Assembly: GCA_001599295.1 (NCBI GenBank)
Contig: BCGN01000001.1
Coordinates: 1,426,001-1,490,000 of the forward strand
Length of the DNA: 64,000 nucleotides
Reading direction: 5' to 3'
Source of the DNA: Sporopachydermia quercuum
Taxonomy: Eukaryota
Both the position numbers and the translations under genes were made by a program. Shown one piece after another: positions 36,881-50,621 of this stretch (its first letter is position 1; each line of letters opens with the position of its first letter). Under the pieces are notes generated by a model, which worked only from the letters and a program-made list of their open reading frames with translations, was not told the DNA's origin and did no database searches.

Positions 36881-38468
36881 ATGTCTCAAGGAACATTATA
36901 TGCTTCTTCTGTAAGTGGATTCATTAACGGTAGAATACTGCTGACAATGTATAGGAGTGTAATCTGGTCAGTGATCTCTATCTATGATATTGATTCGGAA
37001 TACTAGTAAAATTTATAAATGGTCTTGAAAACGGACATATCACTAATATTTCAATAGAGCTGTCGTGCCTTTTCTGCTAAGGCATTGATCAAGTACTTCA
37101 ACCTTGATATTGAAGTCAAGGACAGAGACGATGTCTATGCAAAGAATTTTCCTTTAGCAAGAGTGCCTGCCTTCCTTGGCCCCAAGGGATTCAAGCTAAT
37201 CGAAGCTCTTGCCATCAACTTTTATAGTATGTTTTATTTGGACAAAGTATACACTATTGTTTTAACTGATTTCGTAACTGGAATTTAGTTGCTTTTGCTT
37301 TGCTATGATGAAAAAATTCTTATTAAAACAGTTATCCCTGTCTTAATCACCATGTGTTGAGAATTTATACTCTGAAACAACAAACATCAGTTACAACTAT
37401 TGAAAATTCTTCCTTTCTATGATTTTGTTGCTAACACGTTATTTAGTTCTTTCTTTGGTTCCTGACAATAAGTTGGAAGGTAAGAATGATATTGAAAAAG
37501 TTGAGATCTTGAAATGGTTATCACTTTCCAATAGTGATTTCTTAGGAGCTATTGGCGAAGGTTTCAAGGGCGTCATCGGAAGAGCACCTTACAATAAGAA
37601 GACTACTGATGCTGGTAATGAATTGGCTCTCAAGATTGTTGATGCATATTTCGAACCTAGATTGAAGGAATACACTTACTTGGTTGGTGAAAGACTCACT
37701 ATCGCTGATTTGTATGCTGCTGCCCTTGCTACTCGTGGTTTCAACTATCTTTGGGGCGATGAATTCATCAAGGCCCATCCTGGTTTTGTCAGATGGTTCA
37801 AGACTATAATTAGCACTCCTATACTTGCTTCTCTTTATGAGGATTTCGAATTCCTCAAGGAACCTATCAAGTACACTCCTCCTAAGAAGGAGTCAAAGAA
37901 GAAGGCTGAACCTAAGCCCAAGGCCGAAGTCAAGAAGGAAAAAGATGCGGAAGATGTTGAAGACGCTCCTGCTCCTAAACCTAAGCATCCCTTAGAAGCT
38001 TTAGGTAAGTCTAAGATCCCTATTGATGAATGGAAGAGAACTTACTCCAACGAAGAAACAAGAGAAGTTGCCCTTCCATGGTTCTGGGAACATTATGATC
38101 CTTCTGAATGGTCTCTCTGGAAAGTTGCTTACAAGTACAACGATGAACTTACTTTGACTTTCATGTCCAACAACTTAGTTGGTGGTTTCTTCAACAGATT
38201 GAGTGCTTCTACCAAATACATGTTTGGATGTATGGTCGTCTATGGTGAAAACAACAATAACGGTATCATTGGTGTTTTCCTAGTCAGAGGTCAAGAAGCT
38301 GCACCTGCTTTTGATGTTGCTCCTGATTGGGATTCTTACACTTACGAGAAGCTAGATGCTTCTAAGCCTGAGGATAAGGCTTTCGTTGAAGACTTATGGG
38401 CCTGGGACAAGCCTATTGAGGTCAACGGTGAAAAGAAGGAGATTGCCGATGGTAAGGTCTTCAAATAA
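36881..38468 (+). CDS. TEF4: Translation elongation factor eEF1B-gamma (TEF4/CAM1 family), 3 exons
   Basis: Exons 36881-36910, 37058-37226, 37447-38468. MSQGTLY N-terminus, GST-like domain, KPKHPLEALG, WKRTYSN and FMSNNLVGGFF. Strongly biased codon usage. Confidence 0.95.
37303..37377 (+). ncRNA. SNR38: Intronic box C/D snoRNA snR38 orthologue
   Basis: Inside eEF1B-gamma intron 2: box C ATGATGA (37305-37311), guide ACAGTTATCCCTGT complementary to LSU rRNA ACAGGGAUAACUG, D' CTTA and box D CTGA (37372-37375). S. cerevisiae snR38 lies in the TEF4 intron. Confidence 0.9.
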
Positions 38469-39367
38469 ACTAGTTAGTTTCAATTATTAGTTAACTGTGT
38501 ATCTACCGAATGTATTACTTAACTTATGAATAGAGTTTTTTTTTTGTAGATTTTATGTACTTTTAATGGGATTTTTCAAGAGCCCAGCTAGAACCCAGAG
38601 GACTTGTACAGTTTACAGACCTTCTTTTCCTCAATTGAAGGACGCGGCTTTTTGCTAATAGAACAGTTTCTCTTTCCTAATCAATTGAATTATCAACTGT
38701 ACAATTATACTATAATTCTTTCCATATCCATCAGCTATTATTAGTCCACATCATCCATTTACTTTAACACAGATTTGTAGCCACTTCTTCAGGTAAACTT
38801 CTTCATATCCTTTCTTCAAAGTTCGAAAGATCCTTTGTATTTATAATATAAGTGACCTAACATAAGGTTGCAGGATAATACTTCTTTTTTACCCTTATAA
38901 TATGCATGGTTTATGCGAGCCTTTTCTCTGAAATTTCACCAGAAATTTCGTTCCAGGACAACATCCGTACAAACAACGGCAACAACAAAACCATAAAACA
39001 ACATTAAAAATTAACATCTTGTCAAGAAAAAGTTGTCATTCAATCAAATGGTAGAAGGAAGTTATATGTTATCTGAACACGTTCATAGATAAATATGGTT
39101 GAATACTACGCGTGAGAAAATCATCAACAATTAGTGCACATCCATTTCGGCAAAGGACTGGTTATTAATGGTTTTTAATCGTGATTGATTCGAAAGATCC
39201 AACCAAGTGCTTCTAATACGTGTTATCTACACATCAGATCGTCATCACCAGGAGTGAATTGGTGAGTTCGGAAAACAGATAATTTGTACTCTATACAAAT
39301 AGTTATCTTGGAAGCATTGATCTTAACGTGAATTAAACACGGTTCCTTGTGATTGTATTCGGCTTAA

Positions 39368-40576
<1,209 letters not shown>

Positions 40577-41890
40577 GTATCTAGTTTAAATACACAGTAT
40601 ACATTAACATTTTTCTTTTAAAACATTGGATAGAGTACTTACAATGACACATGGTAGAAAGTATTTGTTTGAATAAGTATTGATATTTGATTCCATAATA
40701 AGAGAGAGCAGAGTCAAATAGGATAGCAGGCAAGTTGAAAGCCTATCAAAAGAACCGGTCTCAATCACGCTACTATAATAGTAGCATACTGGTTGGTTGG
40801 TTTTTTTTCCAATTTTTACCCTGAACGCGATTCAAATGCATTCAACGCTGCTGTTCTTTTTCATTGTACCAATACAATCAATCAAGCTTCCTGAAATGGT
40901 TCGTTACCTATTATGAGTCTAGAATGTATTTACTCTCGTCAACCTGTATAAGATTCCAGAGACATCAAATCCCCTAGAGTTTCTCTAATTCTCTTAATAT
41001 GTCCCTTATGTCCCAAATACACCCAACCATCTACTATCTTCTACATCCCCCTCCCAAACTATTGTCCGTTAAACCTAAAACATGATTTTCCGCTCTCGGA
41101 CTGTCTCTTTTCCATTTTGGTAATAAACAATTTATTCTCTTTTGATCACGTGACGTTTGATAAGCAATTGACAGCATTTTAAGCTACTGATAACAAATTA
41201 CTATCGATAGTCGAATAATATACCTACTGTTACATCACAATTTATTATACAATTTACAATTAAATTAATTTATTTAAATATAATCATTACTATTGCTGTC
41301 ATGAAATTGTAGTTCCTTGTGCATGCTATATCAACTGTAATTCCCAAAAGCACGACATAGTTATAGTACCTCTTCACCAATTACCAAGATAATAACAGCC
41401 TAACCTCATCTTATCTTGGATGATCTCATCTCCTCCTTGTTTTAAATGATAACGGACAATTTCCCTTATCGTAAATGCAAAGCCAAAAGAAAGCAAATCA
41501 AGTATCCTATTATCTCTTTATCATACTAATCAAGAGATGTATCGATAGCTTCGATTTGATGATTTATAGAAATAGTATATCTGATAGTTTGTTTATTTGA
41601 TATTGCAATTGAATATCTTATATGATTGTTGGTCACTATTGACATCTGAGTCAAAACATGCCATTGTGAAGGAGATAACCATTTGGTATAAATCTTTACG
41701 TTTACTTTACAAGTTTTTCTGATAGATTACATTTTGAGAGCTCGTTGATGTTCGATCGGAACAGTGGCTATTTGAAAGCATTGGGTTTTCACTGTACTAT
41801 ATATGTTGGAGATTAAATAGGATAAATGCGATAAGACGATAAAAGAAAACGAAGGAAAGTAAAATACAACAGAATAAAATAATATAATAT

Positions 41891-41954
41891 AAAGGGAGGA
41901 AAAAAAGGAAAGGAAAGGAAAGGAAAAGGAAAAGGAGGAAAAGAAAGAAGAAAA
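41891..41954 (+). repeat. 64-nt pure polypurine tract with (GGAAA)n
   Basis: Only A and G from 41891 to 41954. Confidence 0.9.
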
Positions 41955-42187
41955 TTGATTAAGGGCTCAAAGGAATAGAATAGCTTACTGTCACTTGACC
42001 ATTTTGATTATCATTAAAGGTAGCACAAGCAAGAGCAAAAACAAGAAAGAGTGTGCGTCAAGTCTTCAGTTAGATTTAATTCCTTTGATCCGCAGACAAA
42101 TTTTTGATACTTATATCTGGTGATGAGCAAACAACCGAATTCTAGTTTTGTTTTCATATTTGATTGGCTTATTTTAAAGCTCTCGAA

Positions 42188-44022
42188 ATGAGTTTACATT
42201 CTTTATCGTCTACAAGGAGCTTGCTCGCTAGTAATGAACATATAATGAATACTCCAACAATTGACAATGCTAATCTTAGTGTTGCTAGTTCCAGCAATCA
42301 GAATGGTAATAGCGCACCTAGAGGACTAGGCTTTTCGTCATTATCGTTCAATCAAACTTCTAGTTCTAACTCTAACGCTCATCAAAATGTTCATCATAAT
42401 CAGGATTCTGCCAATCCTGGAAATAGTAGAGGATCATCAAATGGTAGCCATAGCACTAGCAGCAATAAGATAAATGAATTCGCTGGTAAAACCTCTTCCT
42501 CTTCAGCATCATCCTCTTCCAAAAGTATGTGTTTTTCTTTGTTTTCTTGTTAGTGCATTTCCTATGTAATCGATTATATTATTATTTCATTGTTGAGACT
42601 AACCATTATTCCGTCCTATTAGACTTATCACATGTTCCATGCAAGTTTTTCCGCCATGGAACCTGTCAAGCAGGAAATACGTGCCCTTTCTCACATTCTA
42701 CAGATGTTCAAACAACGCAGGCTCCTTGCAAGTATTTCCAGAAAGGAAATTGTAAGTTCGGGGTTAAATGTGCTTTGGCTCATATTCTTCCTGATGGTAG
42801 AAAAGTTAATCCACGGACACTGGCTCAAGTAATGCCTCAGTCTAATGGAAACATTAATTCAAATAATAGCAACAGTAACACCAGCGGCAGTAGCAATAGC
42901 ATTGGCAATGGTAATGGTAGAGGTAGTAGTAGTAGCAGCATCAACATCAATATTAATAAAGCACATCTTGGAAAATCGAGGTACTCTGAGTTGGAGCATA
43001 CAACTACTAATGCTCATATCAACAACAACTATATCAATGGCTACTCAAACGGCTTTAACAACGGTATATATTCTTTGTCAAACACAATAGATGTCGACAA
43101 CGGTAAATCATACTTCACTACGAATGAATCAGCAATCTCACCGATTGATTATAGTACCAGAAGGCTGAGTAATGGTAATCAGCTATTCAGTAATTCTTTC
43201 AACTCCGGTACTATTTCAGGCTTGAATAACATATCATCGTTATCAAATCAATCTCCCATAGAATCGTTTTTTATTTCCGCAGCAACGGCTCATCAGTCAC
43301 CATTCAATAACTCTACACCGATGATGTCTTTACCAACCATCAATCAAATGCCTTCTTCTTCTTCTTCTGCTTCTTCGGCTGGTGCTTTAATGTCTATCAA
43401 TGAAACGTCTGTTATTCTTCCGTCTTCTGCATCTTCATTCTCACCTATTCCCATCTCACAAGGTCCGATGGAATTATCGTCTTCATTAATAACGCATTCA
43501 GACTCTATAAATGGTATTGGTCCAAACAACGCTAGACGACAATCAATTTCTAAGCCAATGCCAATGTCAATGTCAGTGCCACAATCTGCTTCATCTTCGT
43601 CCTCTGCTACTTCCTATGATATATTCCATACGAGAAATTCTGTCTGGCACAATTCTCAACATAATTACACATCATATACATCAACAACAGGACTTCATTC
43701 TGGTACTTCTGGAGGCATTAATTATAACGAAATCTCTCCTATTGGGACTATTGACGATGAGTACGAAGAAGGTTGTGATGATGGTGCTGATGGTATCAAT
43801 GATGACCATACGTTTCAATTTGAAGAAGATTTTGTTCCTTCAGCACTTTCTGACTTATTAACACCCCAAGAGCTAAAGAGAAGGTCATCGAAGTCAGCAA
43901 CAACTCCTGCTGCAGTTTTGTCTATAAGAAACCAAAGCATGAAAATGAATATCGCTGAAGATCCTTTTTATATGGATGATGAGCAGTTAGTTCATCAGGT
44001 GGATAGAATGGAAATACAATAG
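42188..44022 (+). CDS. LEE1: Tandem CCCH zinc-finger protein Lee1/Cps3-like, 2 exons
   Basis: Exons 42188-42524 and 42623-44022 give K-N-LSHVPCKFF. Two CCCH fingers, Ser/Asn low-complexity region and C-terminal EEDFVPSALSDLLTPQELKRR. Confidence 0.85.
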
Positions 44023-44628
44023 AAGAGCGCAAAAGAATAATAAGGCAAAAAATAAAATAAAACATAGAATAAAGAAATGTTTGGTTTGGTTTGGTTTGGA
44101 AAAGTAGTAGATGGTTATGTTAGTATAAAGACTGTAAGGATAAAGAAACAGTTTGATAGAAGGAGTATGATGTTACATTAAGGCTATTTATGCACACCTT
44201 CAAAGAAGGATATTAGGACAAGATATGATACAGTATTGTATAGTGATTTAGTAATATTATATAATGCACTTGCTGGTGAATAAAATATAGTATGAGTAAT
44301 GAAGTCTGAAAGGGAATGTAATCATTCATTTGTAGTTTATTATTATATCTGCTGTTACTATCAAAGTGTCGTACTTATCACTCCTCATCTACTAACAGCA
44401 GCATTTGACCTTGTCATTTGCAGTTTCTTTCCTTTTTTAGCTCATGATACCGAACTCCTATCTATATAGCTGATCACAATATAAAAACATTAATATATAT
44501 TAATTATTATTCACATGATGATTATGCCAAACCTATTTACCTCTATCATACTATTTATAAAACACATTTCACATTTCCCTTTCACACTTCAAATTTTCAT
44601 TTCTCCATAAAAAGGATTTATTCTATAA

Positions 44629-46377
44629 TTAATCCTCATCATCACTTACAATTACACGAGCTTTGGGGTGCTTTATTGATACCATCTCCATACCAGGATA
44701 ACAAATGCTAAACGCTTCAAGATTTTCTATATCTGATATGATATCATAATCCTGGGCTACTTCTTCAATACCTTGCCAAATCGCTTTCTCTTGTTTATCA
44801 GCTGAATCTAAATTTTTACGTTGCAACAACATATTAAACACTTTTTCATTCATAAGTTCATTAGTATTTTCATTCAATCCTCCTATCTCGGGCCTTCCAT
44901 CTTCAATTGATATATTCTGTCCACCTAACATTAGATTCCCTATGGTATTAATTCCTCCTGATCTACCAATAAGCAAAGGTCTCCATAATAACCCGCTAGG
45001 GTCCACCCTTACGTACGGCTTGGCTTCCCAGTTCTCTATGACGCCTTTGATTATTGTTTTATCAATTCTGATACCGTATTGACCGGAATAATTGCTTCTC
45101 ACCAGAGCATTCAATGACTCTAATCCGCATACGATATCAGAAGCTGTCATTCCTGTAAGCTGACTGAGAGATTCAATCGATAGGCATCCAATCGCAGAGT
45201 GTTTCTTCCTCTCTAAATCATTTGATGAGATCCGCTGCAGAAAGTGCTTAAGCTGATACGCCACTGCAAGTTTCCAATAGTTGCGATACGACAACAATCC
45301 TAAATCCGACAAGGGCTTTTCAGGAGTACCCGACTTGCCTTCATTCTTGCTCAATAGATATGAGAAATCAATGAGAAAACTCCCATAGCCTCTCCTTTGA
45401 TACACTGGAAGAGTTAAAATACATGATAGATTATATCCATTAGCACTTAATTTTTCTTTGGAGAAATAGCCAACAAAATGGCATCCTTCGCTATCATTTT
45501 CTGTTAAAACGTAAAACGTAAATGGTTCAACATCATAATACAGCGTTTTAGAATTGAGAAATAGCTTTGCTAATAAACAGAGATTTTGAGAATATACAAC
45601 ATTCTTCCTACCATCAACTTCCCATACCGAGTTGACTCCACAACGGTATATTTCAACACCAGGTGGATGAGTCATTGAGCACTTCAATTTATGTCTCCAT
45701 TCTACATAAGGACTGCTCATATACTTTAAACAGAATTCGCATATATAAAGAGGATTTGAGGTGGCATATTCCTGCGGGAAAGGCGCTGTGTACCAAGTAG
45801 ATATATTGAACTTACCAAATTGGATCGATTTCAACTCGCTAGAGAATTCTAATAGGCCAGAAGATACTTTTGAAATGTGCTTATAAGCTGCTAATTGAGA
45901 ATTTCTTGTTGCACCAATGTCTAATGCTGCACGGAATCTATTTCTGTCTTGTAGTACAGGATAGGTAGTAGCTGTTGTTTCATTAATAAGCAGTCCTCTG
46001 TAAGGAATACAGTCCATATCGTTCTCTGGTAAAGGTATGATGTTGGAATCTGCTAAATTTTTCAGTGCTTTGGACGATAATCTTATAATTATATGAAATT
46101 GATCGTCAGTGTTCGATATTGATACCAGTTCGTTCACTTCTTTCTCTATTCTTGACTTCTTTATCTTTGGAGGTGCGGATTCCTTTGCTTGCCAGTAATC
46201 TTCGTCATCTGAAAACTGGTTGTAATCGAATTTGTATAATGGTGGTGTATTTGCATTAATGGCTCTTCTTCTTCTTTTCCTTGATGGTCGATTATCATCT
46301 TGTAAATCCTGTGGAGAGATGCCTGCTTCCCTTTGAAGGGTTTCCAGGATTGAACGACGTTTCTGACCAGGTTTCAT
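44629..46377 (-). CDS. SAS3: MYST histone acetyltransferase Sas3-like
   Basis: TWYTAPFPQEY, C2HC finger ICEFCLKY, QNLCLLAKLFLNSKTLYYDVEPF, QRRGYG and GTPEKPLSDLG. No chromodomain. An additional 5' exon cannot be excluded. Confidence 0.87.
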   Translation of the reverse strand: MKPGQKRRSILETLQREAGISPQDLQDDNRPSRKRRRRAINANTPPLYKFDYNQFSDDEDYWQAKESAPPKIKKSRIEKEVNELVSISNTDDQFHIIIRLSSKALKNLADSNIIPLPENDMDCIPYRGLLINETTATTYPVLQDRNRFRAALDIGATRNSQLAAYKHISKVSSGLLEFSSELKSIQFGKFNISTWYTAPFPQEYATSNPLYICEFCLKYMSSPYVEWRHKLKCSMTHPPGVEIYRCGVNSVWEVDGRKNVVYSQNLCLLAKLFLNSKTLYYDVEPFTFYVLTENDSEGCHFVGYFSKEKLSANGYNLSCILTLPVYQRRGYGSFLIDFSYLLSKNEGKSGTPEKPLSDLGLLSYRNYWKLAVAYQLKHFLQRISSNDLERKKHSAIGCLSIESLSQLTGMTASDIVCGLESLNALVRSNYSGQYGIRIDKTIIKGVIENWEAKPYVRVDPSGLLWRPLLIGRSGGINTIGNLMLGGQNISIEDGRPEIGGLNENTNELMNEKVFNMLLQRKNLDSADKQEKAIWQGIEEVAQDYDIISDIENLEAFSICYPGMEMVSIKHPKARVIVSDDED

Positions 46378-47630
46378 TGTAGGTTTCCCTATCTAACGCA
46401 TTTGTTGTTATATTTATATGCTGCTTGAAGCGGTTCAAGAGGGTGAATTTGATGCGATGGTTAATATGAGAAAAATGAAGCTCGCATTGTTCGGTAGCTA
46501 GCAAAGTTTATGTTCTTGTAGAATTGAGAGTTGATCAACGGTGAGTGCATAAGCTTTTGCAGAATAAATACGCTTAATTTATCTGGTGATGTAAAAGCTA
46601 CTTTTTAGCTCTGTCAATTATTTGAATGGTCAATCAATGATAGGAAATGATTACCTTTGTTTATTGGGAATCAGTATAATCAACGAATTTGATGATCTGA
46701 AACTAATGTTCAATGTGAAAGACAAGTTTAAAGTGGATCAGCAACACAACTATTCTGTCTTTTCTTCGTTTGACGAAACCATACTAGTAGTTTGACTATC
46801 ACCAAAGCTCTTGAAGACGTGTTATTACTTGGATGTTTATTTACTTACATATATCCTTTGGCATAAATTACAATAATCTGTTATCAGCCAGTTGATCACC
46901 ATTGTTTATACAGTAGTGACAAACACCTTATAATAAAATTTGGAGTTGATATGTATCGTTATGCGGGTTTCTATGTACATGCAGATTTGGAGTATCTAAT
47001 TGGAAAAGCTGAGGCCGTTCTCCTTATCATATGCTTGGAAACCTGATGAGACGTTAGTGGAATAGAGAATTATTCACAGTTGTGGGACCGAAAATTCAAC
47101 TGAGAATCCAAAACTTTGATAAATTTATTAGTCAGAAGATTTTGAATATTCCTATGGGATAGTTTTTGTTTCTGATTATCTGATGTTATGTAGATGAAAG
47201 ATCGAGAAAATCCCGGGTTCTCCCAAAAAATTATAAAACAGAGATATCCACATTCCCATTGTGCTTGAGTACAAGCGTGTGATCGAATTAACGGTAGATA
47301 GTATACGATAGTATACAATTGATCAAAGCGTGTGGAATAAACCTTGCTTCTGATGTTTTAGTTATTGAAACTAAAGAATGAATTCTTCCGAGCGAATCCG
47401 ATAGTAATAACTGTTGTCCAAGTATCTCTTCTCTACTTGCAGCAGTATTGCTTCTTGTACTAGACCACGTGACCGAAAACAGGAAAATCTATCTTTTCCC
47501 ATCAGATTTTCACCTATCAAACTCGTACTTACAGATACCTCGCTTAACTACCTGTCAATTGTCCAAATGGTGAATAAAGATCAATCATCAAACAACTTAT
47601 TCAATCATTATATCATTTGAAAGACCTAAA

Positions 47631-49467
47631 ATGTCTTCTCGGCGTTCAATGCTACTCAGATCTGGCCTATCGTTGGCCAGATCTTACTATGTATGTTGCA
47701 TTTCAAATTCTACGTTCTATTTATTATCATCTCACCAAATCTTCACAATTATCATTTTCTAACATAACACCACTAGACCATGTCAAAACTATTTGTTCCA
47801 ACTGTTAAAGGCTTGAAAACATCAATTGATAGTAAGTCAAGGTGATTTCACCTAAATTTTTGGCTCTCTTGAATATTCATTTTGTTATCTAAACTGTGTC
47901 TAACATGAGCTATTCAGCACCTGTTCATGAAATATTGATAAACGCAGGGTTCGTGAGACAACCAGCTGCCGGACTTGTAAATTGGTTACCTTTAGGATTA
48001 CGAATTCAGCAAAAGCTTGAAAATCTAATACGAAAACATCTTGATGAACTAGGAAGTGAGGTTTCGTTAACCACATTATCAGGAGCAGATTTATGGCATA
48101 AAACTGATAGGTGGAGCAATCCTGAATTATTCAAAGTGAAAGTCAGTAAGAAACATGATTTCTGTTTAGCTGCTACCGCTGAAGAAGATATAGCAGTCAT
48201 AGCGAAAGAAGATGTAACGAGCTTCCGTGATATGCCTTTAATGTTATATCAAATCACTAGAAAATATCGCGATGAGAAAAGACCCAGAGCTGGATTATTA
48301 AGAGGAAGAGAATTCTTAATGAACGACTCTTATACTTTTGATGTTGATGAAAAGTCAGCTTTAGTTTCCTATAATAATATGCAAACTACCTACAACAAAA
48401 TTTTCAATGAATTGGGATTAACATTTACTATTGCTGAAGCCGATTCTGGTACTATTGGTGGTAATATGTCACACGAGTTTCATATCCTTCATGATTCAGG
48501 TCAAGACACAGTTTTGTGCTGTGATCATTGCAATTACACTGCAAATGTCGAACGAGCACCTTCTTTTCCTAATAATGAAACTGCAAGAGAACCAGTTGAA
48601 ACCGCTGCTGTAACATATGCTGTAACAGCTGATGCTTCAACACTAGTTGCTATGTATTTTCCTCCAGATAGGACAATCAACGAACTATCAGCTAAAGAGC
48701 AAGTCCCTGATATCGACACATCAATTCCAACCCAGGAAGAAGTTTTGGCTTTTTATATGGGGCAAAATCAATCTGATAGCAATGGTGATTCAGATAACGC
48801 CCCTGATTTATTCACCAAGAGAATAATAAGATTAATGGATGCCAGAATTAATAGCTCAACAAATTTGCCTGACTTTCCATTCAAAAACTATCATAGAAAC
48901 AACATGACAACTTTAGTGGATGTACCACTGGTCTTTGCAGAAGAAGGAGAAACTTGCGGTAAATGTGAAGAAGGAATTTTACGAGGTCATAGAGCTATTG
49001 AGATAGCTCATACCTTTTACCTTGGAACCAAGTATTCCGATCCTTTGAACTTCACTTACATGACTAAAGATAATAAAAGAGCTCTGGTTCATATGGGTTG
49101 CTATGGGATTGGTGTTTCAAGATTGATTGCTTCTATTGCTGATGTAATGAGAGATGAGAAAGGATTGAAATGGCCAGCTGCCATTGCTCCTTTCCATGTC
49201 AGCGTTATCCCAGTTTCTGGCGAAGTGGATTCCAACGTTGATGAAGCTGTTAAGAAGCTTGAATCATGGGGATTGGATGTTCTAGTAGATGACAGGAAGA
49301 AATCCAAAGGATGGAAATTCCGTGATAGTGAAGTTATAGGAATCCCCTATAGAGTTATAGTTAATGAAGCTGGGGTTCGAATCGAGAGTCGTATTGGAGA
49401 CGGCTACAGTGGAGCGAAAGAGCTTGAATTAGAAGATTTGCCAGCTTTGATTTTTGGTAGAGAATAG
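47631..49467 (+). CDS. AIM10: Mitochondrial prolyl-tRNA synthetase (Aim10-like), 3 exons
   Basis: Exons 47631-47690, 47777-47831, 47918-49467 give an Arg/Ser-rich presequence plus SKLFVPT. Bacterial-type ProRS motifs: YRDEKRPRAGLLRGREFLM, SHEFH, FYLGTKYS, MGCYGIGVSR. Confidence 0.9.
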
Positions 49468-50387
49468 TTGGGGGACGTCAGAATGATGACTGAGGTGAAG
49501 TGAAGAGAGAAACGGGGCACAAATTAGAGCGACGAGGAGAAAATGGTATTAAATGTAAATATATAATAGATGATATAAATATGACTGCCGTGATATATCA
49601 CTGTACTGTAAAACTGCCGATTCTATTGAAACAAGAAAGATGGAGAACTCACTAGCAACAATAGAAGCTTTTGGATCTGCAACGTTGTAGTGGGGGTTGA
49701 ATGAACTCGAATAAATGGAAAACTGAGACCAGAAGACTTGTGGTATTGTAAACAGAGAAGACATCTATTATGCTAGAAGCAACGTCAACCTGCAATTGTT
49801 GCTAATAGTATTTTAGATCTATAAAGCCTAGGAGAAACTGAGTTGTCATACACGGGCATTACGTGCGTAATTATTATTAGAAGTATTGTTTGGATAGAAG
49901 TTGCAATATCAGCAACAGCTAAATTACCCTAGTTATGCAGAAATGCTTCATGTGGAGACCGTTCAACTAATACCGAATAGCTAACCAACTCATTATTCAT
50001 TGTTCAGCAAGTCTACATTCGCCATACTGCATCACAAGTGTTGTAGGAGATAAATCCATCTTGCACTTCATCAGAACCAGTTTTTCTCTGTTCACCACTA
50101 GCAGTCAATCATTTATATATAGGCGTATTATCAGCTTCAACTACTTCCTTATTTGTAACTTCTATGCCCCCAACTAACTGGAGTGTTTCTGGCTCACGTT
50201 CAACGTTACTTTGTTTCGCCTTTAATCTTTATAATTCTCATATTATTTTACCTGTGTGAATATTTCAATAGCTGTATAATCATGTATCAACATACCACCA
50301 TGCTCAATTCTCTTTACCAATGCTAACTCAAACCATACTTGCTCAGGATCTAACACGTCTCAAATTGTACTGACACAAGAAGGCCTT

Positions 50388-50407
50388 TACTACTACTACT
50401 ACTACTA
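50388..50407. repeat. (TAC)6 microsatellite
   Basis: Read directly. Confidence 0.85.
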
Positions 50408-50621
50408 AACCATCTAATATATACAGTTGATGCTATTAATTATTACTATACCATATGCTCAATAAGGAATACTAAGAAGTATACTTATGCTAAAAAACCC
50501 CAAATACCCAAAATAAAACAAACATAAATAAGATAAAATAAAATATGAAATGAAATGAAAAATAAGGAAGAATATTGATAATCATTGAAACTGATCCATT
50601 GATAGTAATACAATAGGTAAC

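Noticed and set aside
41146..41300. Point centromere (CDEI-like TCACGTGAC followed by AT-rich DNA)
   Set aside because: No CDEIII (TGT..TG..TTCCGAA) at a suitable distance on either strand. More simply a Cbf1 promoter site.
47080..47420. RNase P RNA (GCGAATCCGATA resembles CR-V)
   Set aside because: No matching CR-I (GGGAAATTCGGTG) and no P4 pairing can be built.
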